From an uncultured Thermoleophilaceae bacterium (lineage in GTDB: Bacteria; Actinomycetota; Thermoleophilia; Solirubrobacterales; Thermoleophilaceae): a stretch of DNA of 64,000 nucleotides. Below are positions 27,713-38,337 of the stretch, in pieces; within the stretch, counting starts at the first letter, position 1; each line of letters begins with the position of its first letter. A model generated the notes under the pieces. That model was not told the origin of the DNA. It searched no databases and saw nothing but the letters and a program-made list of their open reading frames with translations. The stretch spans positions 247,546 through 311,545 of the forward strand of contig CAVTFZ010000001.1 in the NCBI GenBank assembly GCA_963734165.1, read 5' to 3'. Made by a program: the position numbers and the translations under genes.

Positions 27713-29445
27713 CAGAAGAGCTGGGTCGTGAGGCCTTGGACGATCGGGCCGAGCAGGAAGGCGGGGAAGAAGGTCAGCGCCGCGACGAGCACGATCGTGA
27801 AGATCAGGAGCACGACGAAGGTCGGCGTGTCGGTGCGGAAGGTGCCGGGCCCGAGCGGCGCGACGCGCTTGCGCGTCAGCGCACCGGCCACCGCGAGCGC
27901 CGCCACCAGCGGCGCGAAGCGGCCGACCAGCATCGCGACGCCGCCGAGCAGGTCCGCAAACGTGATGCCGAAGGCGCCCACGTTGCCCGGCGCGTTGGGC
28001 TGCACGAAGCCGGTGTAGCCCGCGAACGCCGAGCCGTTGTTGTTGGCCTGCGAGACGTAGGCGTAGAGCGTCTCGGAGAAGCCCTGCGGGCCGGGGTTGT
28101 AGATCGACGGCGCGCCGTACTTGGTCGCGATCGCGAGCGCGGTCGCGACGAGCGCGGCCAGCGGCACGATCAGCGTCCCGACCATCACGAGCTTGACCTC
28201 GCGTGCTTCGATCTTCTTACCCAGATATTCCGGCGTGCGCCCCACCATCAGCCCGGCGATGAACACCGCCAGCAGGACGAACAGCAGCATCCCGTAGAGG
28301 CCGGAGCCGACGCCGCCGAAGACGACCTCGCCGGTAGACATGTCGAACAGCGGCACGAGACCGCCGATGCCCGTCAGCGAGTCGAAGGCGGCGTTGACCG
28401 CGCCGCAGGAGGCGACGGTCGTGATCGCCGTGAACAGCGCCGAGTTGGCCATGCCGAAGCGCTGCTCCTTGCCCTCGAAGTTGCCGCCCGCCACGCCGGC
28501 GAGGTGTTGGGCCGGCGAGCCGTGCACCTCGGCGGCGTAGACGACCGCGACGGCGACCGCGAACATCGCCAGCATCGCCGCGTAGATCGCCCAGCCTTGG
28601 CGGCGGTTGCCGACGAAGCGACCAAAGGTCGCCGTGAGCCCGGCCGGGATCAGCAGGATCGTCAGCATCTGGATGAAGTTCGTGATCCCGCTTGGGTTCT
28701 CGAACGGCATCGCGCTGTTGACGTTGAAGAAGCCGCCGCCGTTGGTGCCGAGGATCTTGATCGCCTCCTGCGAGGCGACCGGGCCGAGCGCGAGCGTCTG
28801 CTCGCCGCCGGCGAGCGTGCCGTAGGTCACGTAACCCGAGAGCGTCTGGATCGCACCCTGGGAGACGTAGACGAGCGCGATCACGAAGGAGAGCGGCAGG
28901 AGCACGTACAGCAGCGTGCGCACGAGGTCCTGCCAGAAATTGCCGATCGAGTTCCCGCTGCGTGCCGCGAAGCCGCGGATCACCGCCACGCGACCGCGAT
29001 CCCGACCCCGGCCGAGAGGAAGTTCTGCACCCCCAGCCCAGCCATCTGGGAGAAGTACGAGAGCGTCGTCTCACCGCCGTAGTACTGCCAGTTGGTGTTC
29101 GAGACGAAGGAGCTTGCGGTGTTGAAGCTGACGTCCCAGGGCGCCGGGGCCGAAGCCCTCCGGGTTGAAGGGGTGAATTCCCTGCGTGCGCAGGATCAGG
29201 TAGAGCGCGCCGAAGGAGACGGCGCTGAAGACGATCGTGGTGCGAGCGTAGGCCTTCCAGTCCTGCTCAGCCGTGGGATTGGCCCGGATCAGCCGGTAGG
29301 TCAACCGCTCAAGCGGTCCGCAGACGGGCGAGAGCAACACGCGCTCGCCCTGGTACACGCGCGCCATGTACCCGCCCACGAGCGGCGTCAGCACGGTCAG
29401 GACGACCAGGTACAAGCCGATCTGGAACCAGCCCTGGGCGGTCAC
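27712..29445 (-). CDS. kdpA: K+-transporting ATPase subunit A; two frame breaks
   Basis: ORF 29071..29445 ([31 protein letters not shown]). Manual middle segment ([51 protein letters not shown]). ORF 27712..28989 ([31 protein letters not shown]...[12 protein letters not shown]...NNNGSAFAG). Breaks lie near 29135-29145 and 28981-28997. Confidence 0.9.
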
Positions 29446-29528
29446 GAGACGCGGTCGAGCCCCTCGATCAGAGCGATCAGCGCCGCGAAGGCCAGCAGCG
29501 CGATTGCGATGGAAAGGAGGTCGAGCAC
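29442..29528 (-). CDS. kdpF: KdpF-like 28-aa hydrophobic peptide
   Basis: GTG 29526-29528: [28 protein letters not shown]. Its TGA overlaps the kdpA GTG (GTGA). An upstream ATG would give a 48-aa alternative. Confidence 0.5.
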   Translation of the reverse strand: MLDLLSIAIALLAFAALIALIEGLDRVS

Positions 29529-29608
29529 CGAGAGCCAGCCTCGGCCGCTCGGCGTCAAGCCGGCGTGAAGATCCCCGGCTGCGGCCATCAAGATTTCGTG
29601 AAGGCCGC

Positions 29609-30288
<680 letters not shown>

Positions 30289-30292
<4 letters not shown>

Positions 30293-31688
30293 CCGACCTG
30301 CGCCGCGCGGTCGGCCGACAGCGGCAGCTGGATCGTGAAGGTGGTGCCCTGGCCGGGCAGCGACTCGGCGCGGATGCGTCCACCGCCCGCCTCGAGGAAG
30401 CCGCGCGCGATCGCCAGGCCGAGGCCGGTGCCGGCGTGCTCGCCGGCACCGTGGAAGGGCTCGAAGACGCGCTCGAGCTCCTCGCGCGGGATGCCGGGCC
30501 CACGGTCGGTCACGCGGATCAGCATGCTGCGGGCCGAGACGCGCGCCGTGACGGTGACCGGCGCGCCGCCCCCGTGGCGGGCGGCGTTCTCGAGCACGTT
30601 CGCGAGCGCCCGCTCGACCTGGGCGGCGTCGGCCTCGATCAGCGGCAGGTCGGGATCGAGCTGGACGTCGAAGCCGCCGTCCGGCTCGGCCACCGAGTCG
30701 AGCGCAGCGCCCACGAGCTCGTCGAGCGAGCACCAGTCGCGGCGTGCCTGCACCCCACCCGCCTGCAGGCGCGAGAGGTCGAGCAGGTTGTCCACCAGGC
30801 GCGAGAGTCGGGCGCTCTCGGTCGGCGATCACCGCCTCCAGCTCGCGTCGCCCCTCGGCCGAGAGGCTCTCCGAGCCGAGGCCGGCGGCGGCCGTGGTGA
30901 TCGCCGTCAGCGGCGAGCGCAGATCGTGGGAGACCGAGCGCAGCACCGCCGTCTTGACGACGTTGCTGCGCCGCAGCGCCTTCGTCTCGATCACCTGCGC
31001 CTCCAGCTCGTCGCGCCGTCGCGCCGCGGCCACGAGCGTCTCCAGCGCCGGCAGCACGCGCTCCTCCAGCGCCTCGGCGGTGTCTGCAGGCGCCTCGCGC
31101 GAGAGCAGCACCGTGCCGATGCGATCGCCGTCGACGATCAGCGGCAGCGCCCGGCGCCGCTCGTCGCCGTCGACCCAGGTCAGCTCGACCGCCAGCGAAT
31201 CCAGCCCGAGCGCTTGGGCGATGCGGCGAGCTACCAGCTGCAACGAGTCCTCCAGGCGCCCGCCGCCGAGCAGGATGCGGCGCCAGCTCGGTGCTGAGGT
31301 CGGCCTCCGCGCGGCGCGCCTCCGCCTCCCGCGTGCGCGCGTTCGCCGCCCCCGCGAGCGTGCTGGTGACCACCGCGGCCACCAGGAAGACGGCGAGCGC
31401 GAGCCAGTTCTCGCCCTCCGCGACGGTGAAGCGACCGGTCGGCGGGATGTGGAACCAGTTCCAGGCCAGTGCGCTGCCGACAGCGGTGAGCAAGCCCAGG
31501 CCCAGCCCCCAGCGGCTCGACACCAGCAGCACGGCGAGCAGGTAGACGACGCCCGTCGAGACGACCGGCACCAGCTCGCGCAGGCCGTAGTTGGCGATCG
31601 TCACCGCCGCCACCGATACGGCGGCGACTGCCAACCCGGTCAGCTGCGAGCGGTCCGAGCGCCAGAGCACGGCCCAATGGTGGCGCAA
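30289..31688 (-). CDS. kdpD: Histidine kinase corresponding to the C-terminal half of KdpD (DUF4118 membrane domain, GAF-like linker, HisKA, HATPase); two frame breaks
   Basis: ORF 30639..31688 has TGVVYLLAVLLVSSRWGLGLGLLTAVGSALAWNWFHIPPTGRFTV...NWLALAVFLVAAVVTS. ORF 29609..31243 has KTAVLRSVSHDLRSPLTAI (H-box). ORF 30289..30795 has LVDNLLDLSRLQAG...LENAARHG...VTDRGPGIP...GTGLGLAIARGF. Breaks lie near 31270 and 30820. The start (TTG 31688 or a later GTG) is uncertain. Confidence 0.8.
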
Positions 31689-31707
31689 CCGGCGGCGCCC
31701 AGCGCGG

Positions 31708-33108
31708 CTAGGCGCGCGCCGACTCGCGCGCGAGCGCCCGCAGCAGGGCGTCGACCACCTCGCCGTCGAACTGCGTGCCGGCGTGCGCGAGCAGCTCGGC
31801 GCGCGCGGCCGGCTCGCCGAGGGCGGCGCGGTAGGGCCGGTCGCTGGTCATCGCCTCGTAGGCGTCGGCCACCGCCAGGATGCGCGCCTCGAGCGGGATC
31901 TCGTCGCCGGCCAGTCCGCGCGGGTAGCCCGTGCCGTCCGGACGCTCGTGGTGGGCCTCGATCCAGGCGCGCAGATCGACGAACTCCTCGCCCGCCAGCA
32001 GGCGCGCGGCTAGCTCCGGATGCTCGCGCACGTGCGCCCAGCCGTCCTCGTCCAGCGGCTCGGATCGCTGCAACAGCTCCGCCGGCACGCCGATCATGCC
32101 GACGTCGTGCAGCATCCCGGCGAGCTGGACGCGCTCGCCGTGCTCGCGGCCGAAGCCGAGCTCGAGCGCTGTCAGCTCCGCGTAGCGGGCCACCGCGTGC
32201 GCGTGCTCGCTGCCGCCGAAGTCGCGCAGGTCGAGCGCTTCCGCAAGGGCGAGCAGCGTCGCCAGCCGCAGCGCGCGGGCGCCCGCCTCGCCGCCAGCGG
32301 AGTGCAGCACGCTCTCGACCTCGCTGCTGTACAGCGCACTGCGATCGCGGCCGAGCTCCTTCGCCGCCGCCAGCGCCTGGCGGGTCGCGTCGACCAGCTC
32401 GCTCGCATCGCCGGCGTTGTCGGGATAGAGGGCGATGCCGAGGCTGAGCGTCGGTCGCGAGCGCTCGCCCGCGAACGTGCGATGCGCGGCACGGCGCATT
32501 CTCTCGGCCACCAGCAGCGCGCCGCGAGCGTCGGTGCCGGGCAGCAGCAAGGCGAACTCGCCGCCGCCCATGTGCCCGGCGACGTCGATGCGCCGCTTCC
32601 ACTTCTCCAGGTCGCGCGCGATCAGCCGCAGGGCGCGGTCGCGCGCCTCGCGCCCGAACCACTCCTCGTGGGCGCGCAACGCGTCGACGTCGGCGAGCAC
32701 GAGCGCCAGCGAGCGCTCGGCCGCCCGCGCCCGCTCCAGCTCGCCGGCCAGCAACCGCTCGAAGGCCAGATCGTCGGGCAGGCCCGTGAGTGCGTCGGTG
32801 CGCGTCGGGACACCGGCGTGCTGCCCGGCGGACGCGGCCGGACGCACCGCCACGACCGCCCCGATGAACAGCGCCACGATCATCGCGACCGCCAGGCGCA
32901 TCGCCAGCGGCAGGCCATCGGCGGTCATCGTCAGCGCGGCCGTGGCACTCGCCGCGGCCAGCAACCATGCGGCGCCGCGTGCGGGCAGCCGACGGGTAAA
33001 CGCGAGCGTCCGGCGTTCAGCAGGCTCATGCAGGCGGCCGTCCGTGGCCGGACGCTCGGCACGAGACCGAGCATCCATGGCACGAGGGTACCGGCGCTTG
33101 CCAGACAC
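31708..33108 (-). CDS. Membrane-anchored GGDEF (degenerate, GGGEF) plus HD-GYP domain protein
   Basis: ORF 31708..33108 is intact. DALTGLPDDLAFERLL...AGHMGGGEFALLLPG; HAHAVARYA...MLHDVGMIGVP...AHHERPDGTGYPRGL. Confidence 0.8.
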   Translation of the reverse strand: MSGKRRYPRAMDARSRAERPATDGRLHEPAERRTLAFTRRLPARGAAWLLAAASATAALTMTADGLPLAMRLAVAMIVALFIGAVVAVRPAASAGQHAGVPTRTDALTGLPDDLAFERLLAGELERARAAERSLALVLADVDALRAHEEWFGREARDRALRLIARDLEKWKRRIDVAGHMGGGEFALLLPGTDARGALLVAERMRRAAHRTFAGERSRPTLSLGIALYPDNAGDASELVDATRQALAAAKELGRDRSALYSSEVESVLHSAGGEAGARALRLATLLALAEALDLRDFGGSEHAHAVARYAELTALELGFGREHGERVQLAGMLHDVGMIGVPAELLQRSEPLDEDGWAHVREHPELAARLLAGEEFVDLRAWIEAHHERPDGTGYPRGLAGDEIPLEARILAVADAYEAMTSDRPYRAALGEPAARAELLAHAGTQFDGEVVDALLRALARESARA

Positions 33109-33138
33109 CCTTCACCACTAAGCGTTTCAGAGTGCTTC

Positions 33139-34384
33139 TCAGACGACGCGCAGCAAAGCGTCGACCACGTGCCGGTCGAACTGCCTGCCCGCCGCGCGCC
33201 GCAGCTCCTCCGCGGCCTCCTCGGGCGGACGCGCCGGACGGTGGGCGCGCTCGGCGGTCATCGCCTCGTAGGCGTCGGCCACCGCCAGGATGCGCGCCTC
33301 CAGCGGCACGGCCTCCCAGGGCTCCCCGGCGGGATAGCCGCGACCGTCCGGACGCACGTGATGCAACAGGATCCAGTCGCCGACGTCGCCGAAGCTCGTG
33401 GTGGCCACCATGCGCGCGCCGATCTCCGGGTGCGAGCGCATGCGCTCCCACTCGGCCTCGCTGAGCGGGCCCCGCTTGCGCAGCAGCTCGTCGGGGACGC
33501 CGACGCGGCCGACGTCGTGGAGGATGCCCGCGAGCCGGACCCGTTCCACGCCCTCGGGTGGCAGGCCGAGCTCGCGCGCGGTGAGCTCGGCGAAGCGGCC
33601 GACGCGGCGGCTGTGGCTGGGCGTGCCGCTGTCGCGCACGTCGAGCGCCTCGGCCAGGCTCAGCAGCGCGCTCAGCTCCACCGGGCTGTCCCCCCGCGGC
33701 CGCGGGGGGCGACGCGCCAGCACGCCCGGCACCTCGGCGCTGGAGATCACCGAGCGGTTGCGACCCATGCGCTGCGCGGCGTAGAGCGCCTGATCGGCGG
33801 CGTGCAGCAGCGCGGCGATCGACCCCCCGTGCTGAGGGAAGGTGGCGATGCCGAAGCTCACGGTCGCGCTGGCGCCCTCGCCGTCGCTCGAGCTCGGTGC
33901 GCACGCGCTCGGCGAGCACGTAGGCGCCGTTCTCGTCGCTGTCGGGCAGCAGCACCGCGAACTCCTCGCCCCCACGCGCGCCGCACTGTCGAAGCTGCGC
34001 TTCGCGGCCAGGATCGTGCGGCTGAGCCGGCGCAGCAACTCGTCGCCCGCGGCGCGCCCGTGCTCCCTCGTTGAACTGGGCGAAGCGGTCCACGTCGCCC
34101 ACCACGAGGCTGAGCGCTGTGCCTGTGCGACGCGCGCGCTCGAGCTCGAGGTCGAAGGCCTCCTCGAAGCCGCGCCGGTTGAGCAGCCCGGTGAGCGGGT
34201 CGCGATGGCTGACATCGGGGCTGGGTGCGCGCCCGACGCGGGTCCCCAGCAACGCGACGAGCAGCCCGCCCACCACCAGCGCGGCGGCCGTCGTGACCCA
34301 GGTGGCCGCCGGCCCCCAGTCCAGCGCCTGCACGCCGACGACGACGACGGCCCCCGCGGCGAGCAAAGCCAGCGCGGGCAGCAC
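33139..34384 (-). CDS. Membrane-anchored GGDEF (GGEEF) plus HD-GYP domain protein, paralog of the neighbour; several frame breaks
   Basis: ORF 33026..34384 has the N-terminus (DPLTGLLNRRGFEEAFDLELERARRTGTALSLVVGDVDRFAQFNE, later ARVGGEEFAVLLPDSD). ORF 33139..34551 has the C-terminus (SHSRRVGRFA...ILHDVGRVGVP...LLHHVRPDGRGYPAG). The start is uncertain. Confidence 0.75.
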
Positions 34385-34555
34385 CCGTCCATCCGCGGAC
34401 GGGGAGGGAAGGCGAAGCCGCTCTCGGAGCGACGCTTGGATGCTCGACCTGCGGGCCGTGGCCGGGCCTCCCTGTACGGCGTGGGGTGCGAATCCGTCTG
34501 TGGCGATTGGCCACTATAGGTTCGCGTGAGGCGTCCCGGGCACAATTCCATCCGT

Positions 34556-34984
34556 ATGTGGATCCAGCGTCAGATCGAGCTCCAGCCACGCCCGCGCGGG
34601 TTTCACCTCGTTACACGCGAGCTCGTCGAGGGCGTGCCCGAGTTACGTGAACTCCGGGTTGGGATCGCGACGCTGTTCATGCGCCACACCTCTGCCTCGC
34701 TGACGCTGAACGAGAACGCGAGTCCGGACGTGCGCCGCGACTTCGCCAGCTGGTTCGACGCCGCCGTGCCGGAGGACGCTCCCTTCTGGACCCACACGCT
34801 CGAAGGACCCGACGACATGCCGGCACACGTCAAGGCGTCGCTGACCGGCAGCGCCCTGACGATCCCAGTCCGCGACGGTCGCCTCGCGCTCGGCACCTGG
34901 CAGGGCGTCTACCTCTGCGAGCACCGCGACCACGGCGGCGCGCGCAGCGTGATCGTCACCGCGCACGGCGAGCCCGCCGGCTAG
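34556..34984 (+). CDS. YjbQ/UPF0047 family protein
   Basis: ATG 34556 within ORF 34526..34984. MWIQRQIELQPRPRGFHLVTREL...TLFMRHTSASLTLNENASPDVRRD...DDMPAHVKASLTGSALTIPV...LGTWQGVYLCEHR. Confidence 0.75.
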   Translation: MWIQRQIELQPRPRGFHLVTRELVEGVPELRELRVGIATLFMRHTSASLTLNENASPDVRRDFASWFDAAVPEDAPFWTHTLEGPDDMPAHVKASLTGSALTIPVRDGRLALGTWQGVYLCEHRDHGGARSVIVTAHGEPAG

Positions 34985-35025
34985 CGGCAGCGACTGGCGG
35001 CGCTCGTGCGGCCGCGGGCGCGCGC

Positions 35026-36211
35026 TCAGTCGGACTGCACCGCCTCGAACTCGCCGGTGCCGACCTCGCGCTCGATCTCCTCCTCGATCTGATCCTGGGT
35101 CAGGACGGGGATCTCGCCGGTCTCGATCTGGCGACGCAGCTCGCGCTCGCGGAAGCGGCGGAACTTGAGGATCTCGAGCACCTGCACGAGGTAGACGCTC
35201 GCCGCCAGCGCGATCAGGCCGAAGGCCAGGATCACCGCGCTCCAGCCGGCGTCGAGGTGCCCGTCGTCGTCGGAGTAGGGCACGAAGCGCATCGCCAGCG
35301 CCAGCGCCGCCAGTGACAGCGTCCAGCCGTAGAGGTAGAGCACGGTGCGTCGCTGGGAGAAGCCGATGTTGGCGAAGCGGTGGTGGAAGTGCCAGCGATC
35401 GGCCGAGTAGACCGGCCGGCGGTACTTGATCCGCTTGGCGACCACGAAGGTGGCGTCGAGCGCCGGCACGGCCAGGATCACGAGCGGGAAGAACAGGGCC
35501 ACCACCGCCGCCGTCTTGAGCACGCCCTGGATCGCGACGCAGGCCAGCAGCAGGCCGAGCAGGTTCGAGCCGGCGTCGCCCATGAAGATCGAGGCCGGGT
35601 GGAAGTTGTGCCAGAGGAAGCCGAGCGCGGCGCCGGCGGTCAGCGCGGCGAGCACGCCGGCGTCGTCGCGGTCGAGCGACAGCGCGATCACCGCGAAGGT
35701 CGCGGCGGCGATCGTGCAGACCCCGGCGGCGAGCCCGTCGACGCCGTCGGTGAAGTTGACGACGTTCATCACCGCGACGATCCCCACCAGCGTCAGCGGC
35801 TTGCCCCACTCCCCGAGGTCGACCGGATCGACGAACGGCAGCGTCACGTTCTCGACCCAGACGCCCGCGGCGACGGGGATCAGCGCGGCCACGAACTGGC
35901 CCGCGAGCTTGACCGCCGGCGGCAGGCCGCCCTCGCGCGCGTCGTCCACGGCGCCGATCAGCGTGATCGCGATCGCGCCCCAGCACGATCCCGCGCGTCT
36001 CCGCCGCCGGGCAGGAACAGCAGCGCCGGGAACCACCGCGGCGACGAGGATCGCGAGCCCCCGAGGCCCGGCACCGGGCGATCGTGCAGGTCGCGCTCGC
36101 GCGGGTGGTGCAGGACGCCCAGCGCCGGGCGAGCCGCGCCGTGAGCGGCGTGGCCACGAAGGAGATGGCAGCCGCCAGCAGGAACGCCCAGAGGGCATCG
36201 AGCGCGTCCAT
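35026..36211 (-). CDS. wecA: Glycosyltransferase family 4, WecA/Rfe-like undecaprenyl-phosphate GlcNAc-1-phosphate transferase; N-terminal frame breaks
   Basis: N-terminus MDALDALWAFLLAAAISFVATPLTARLARR is in ORF 34643..36211. The body is in ORF 35026..36198 (IGAVDDAREGGLPP..., VNFTDGVDGLAAG, FMGDAGSNLLG). There are at least two breaks at 36010-36125. Confidence 0.75.
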
Positions 36212-36217
36212 CCGTGG

Positions 36218-36954
36218 TCAGGCTACCGACCGCCCGGGCGGCCGCGCGAGGCTCTGGCCTCGGGGGCGGGCCTCAGCCGGGATCACGTAGAACGCGATGA
36301 CCGTGTACTGCAGCGCCGCCGCCGCGATCACGAGCGCGTGGAAGACCTCGTGATAGCCGAACACCGCCGGCACGGGATCGGGGCGCTTGAAGGCGTAGAC
36401 CAGGGCGCCGAGCGTGTAGAGCAACCCGCCGGCCGCCACCATGCCCGCCGCCGGTGAAGCCGAGCTCGCGAGAACAGCTCCGGAAAGGCCGCCACGCGCC
36501 ACCCAGCCGAGCGCCAGGTAGATCAGCGCCATCACGCCCTTGGGCACGTCGACCCAGGCCAGCTTCAGGATCACCCCGCCGACCGCTCCGACCCAGACCA
36601 CGATCAGGATCGCCGTCGAAGAGCGCGCCGTCGAGCACCAGCACCGCGAACGGGGTGTAGGTCCCCGCGATCAGCATGAAGATCATCGAGTGATCGAGCC
36701 GGCGCATCCAGCGCGCGCGCCCCGATCGAGGACCAGTTGATGCGGTGATAGAGCGCGCTGGTGCCGAACAGCGCGGCGACGCTGACGGCGTAGATCGTCA
36801 CCGCGAGCGCGCGCTCGCCGGGCGGGCGCCGCGACCACGAGCGCGGCGCCGGCCGCGAGCGAGACGAAGAAGGCCCACTGATGCGAGACGCCCCGCAAGC
36901 GCGGCTTTCCCAGCTTAGGGGCGGCGTGACGAAGGGCGGCGCGGCCTCGGCCAT
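36218..36954 (-). CDS. Hemolysin III / PAQR family membrane protein; at least four frame breaks
   Basis: Fragments: [20 protein letters not shown] (ORF 36683..36898), [21 protein letters not shown] (ORF 36604..36954), [19 protein letters not shown] (ORF 36273..36707), and [42 protein letters not shown] (ORF 36218..36601). Confidence 0.7.
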
Positions 36955-36958
36955 CCGG

Positions 36959-38337
36959 TCAGACCTTGTACCAGGAATCCATGTAGGTCTTGAGCACGTC
37001 CGCCACCACGCTCCGATCCGGCAAGGTAGCGGCCATGCCGTACACGGGCGCCATCCCCCCCTCCGCCTCGGGCCGTTCGCGCACCTCGGCCACGGCGTCC
37101 CGCAGATCGGCGAGCAGGCGGTCGGTCACGCCCGGCTCGGCGTGGCGCAGCGTCGTGCAGACGTGCAGGCAGCTCGGCCGGTGCAGGCCGTTGAGGCTCC
37201 AGCCGCGCGCGGACATCGCGTCCATCACGCGGTAGACGTCCAGCTCGTCGGAGGCGAAGGCGACGTTGAACAGCGGGTCGCCGAGCACATGCAGTCCCTC
37301 GATAGCCGCTATCCCCGCCTTGATCGCGAGCGGCGGCCTCGAGGATGCGCCGCGTCGCGTCGAGGTAGCCCTGCTCGCCGATCGTCACCAGCGCCGCCCA
37401 GCAGGCGGCGCTGAGCGCGCCCGGCCGGCTGCCGGCAAGCGTCGGCGACAAGTACATGCCGCCCGGCCAGTCGGTGACGGCGAAGTACTGGCTGTGGCGC
37501 AGCTCGTTGCCGCGATAGAGCACCACCGACGTGCCCTTGGCGGCGTAGCCGAACTTGTGCGTGTCGCACGACATCGACGTCACGCCGGGCAGGCGGAAGT
37601 CGAACGGCGGCACGTCGTAGCCGAGCCGCTCGGCGAACGGCAGCACGAAGCCGCCGAGGCAGGCGTCGGCGTGGAAGCCGATGCCGCGCTCGCGGGCGAG
37701 CTCGGAGAGCGTCTCGATCGGGTCGATCAGGCCGTGCGGGAAGCCGGGGGCCGAGCCGACGACGACCAGCGGTGTCGTCGTCGATCGCGGCCGCCATCGC
37801 GTCCACGTCGGCGAGCAGGTCGTCGCCCACCGGCACCTTGACCAGCTTCATGCCGAGCAGCTGCGCGGCCTTGTCGAAGGCCGCGTGCGCGGTCTCCGGC
37901 GCGACGATCTGGGCGGATCTCGCCGCCGCGCGTGATCGCGGTAGGCCTTCATCGCCAGCAGGATGCTCTCGGTGCCGCCCGAGCTGACGGCCCGACCACC
38001 GTCCTCGTCGCGGCGTTGAGCAGCGTGCGCGTCATCGACACGATCTCGGCCTCGAACTTCGTGGCGCTCGGCCACAGGTCGGCGTGCAGCGGGTTGCTCT
38101 GCGAGTGCGGCGCGTAGACCTTGGCGAGGAAGGCGAGGTGCTCGGGGTCGCCGTTGTAGACGGCGCCCGAGGCGTAGCCCTCCTCCCAGCGCGGCTGCTC
38201 GCTGCGCGCGTGCTCCTCGACCTCGGCCAGCACCTCGGCGCGCGTCGCGACCCCGCTCGGGCAGGCGTTCGTGCACCGGCGTGGCGGTCCCGGTAGGGCT
38301 TCAACGACGCTTCGAGCTCGGACAGCGGATCGCTCAT
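36959..38337 (-). CDS. PLP-dependent group II decarboxylase-fold enzyme of the sphingosine-1-phosphate lyase family; at least four frame breaks
   Basis: [15 protein letters not shown] (ATG 38335-38337 after GGCAGGAGG). [117 protein letters not shown] (PLP-Lys context very close to eukaryotic SPL, from memory). Tail ...[11 protein letters not shown]. Confidence 0.7.

Noticed and set aside
29529-29608. Possible KdpE operator in the kdpE-kdpF spacer (the CTTCACG motif appears twice).
   Set aside because: The two copies are about 30 nt apart and only 7 nt long, which is not distinguishable from chance in 80 nt.
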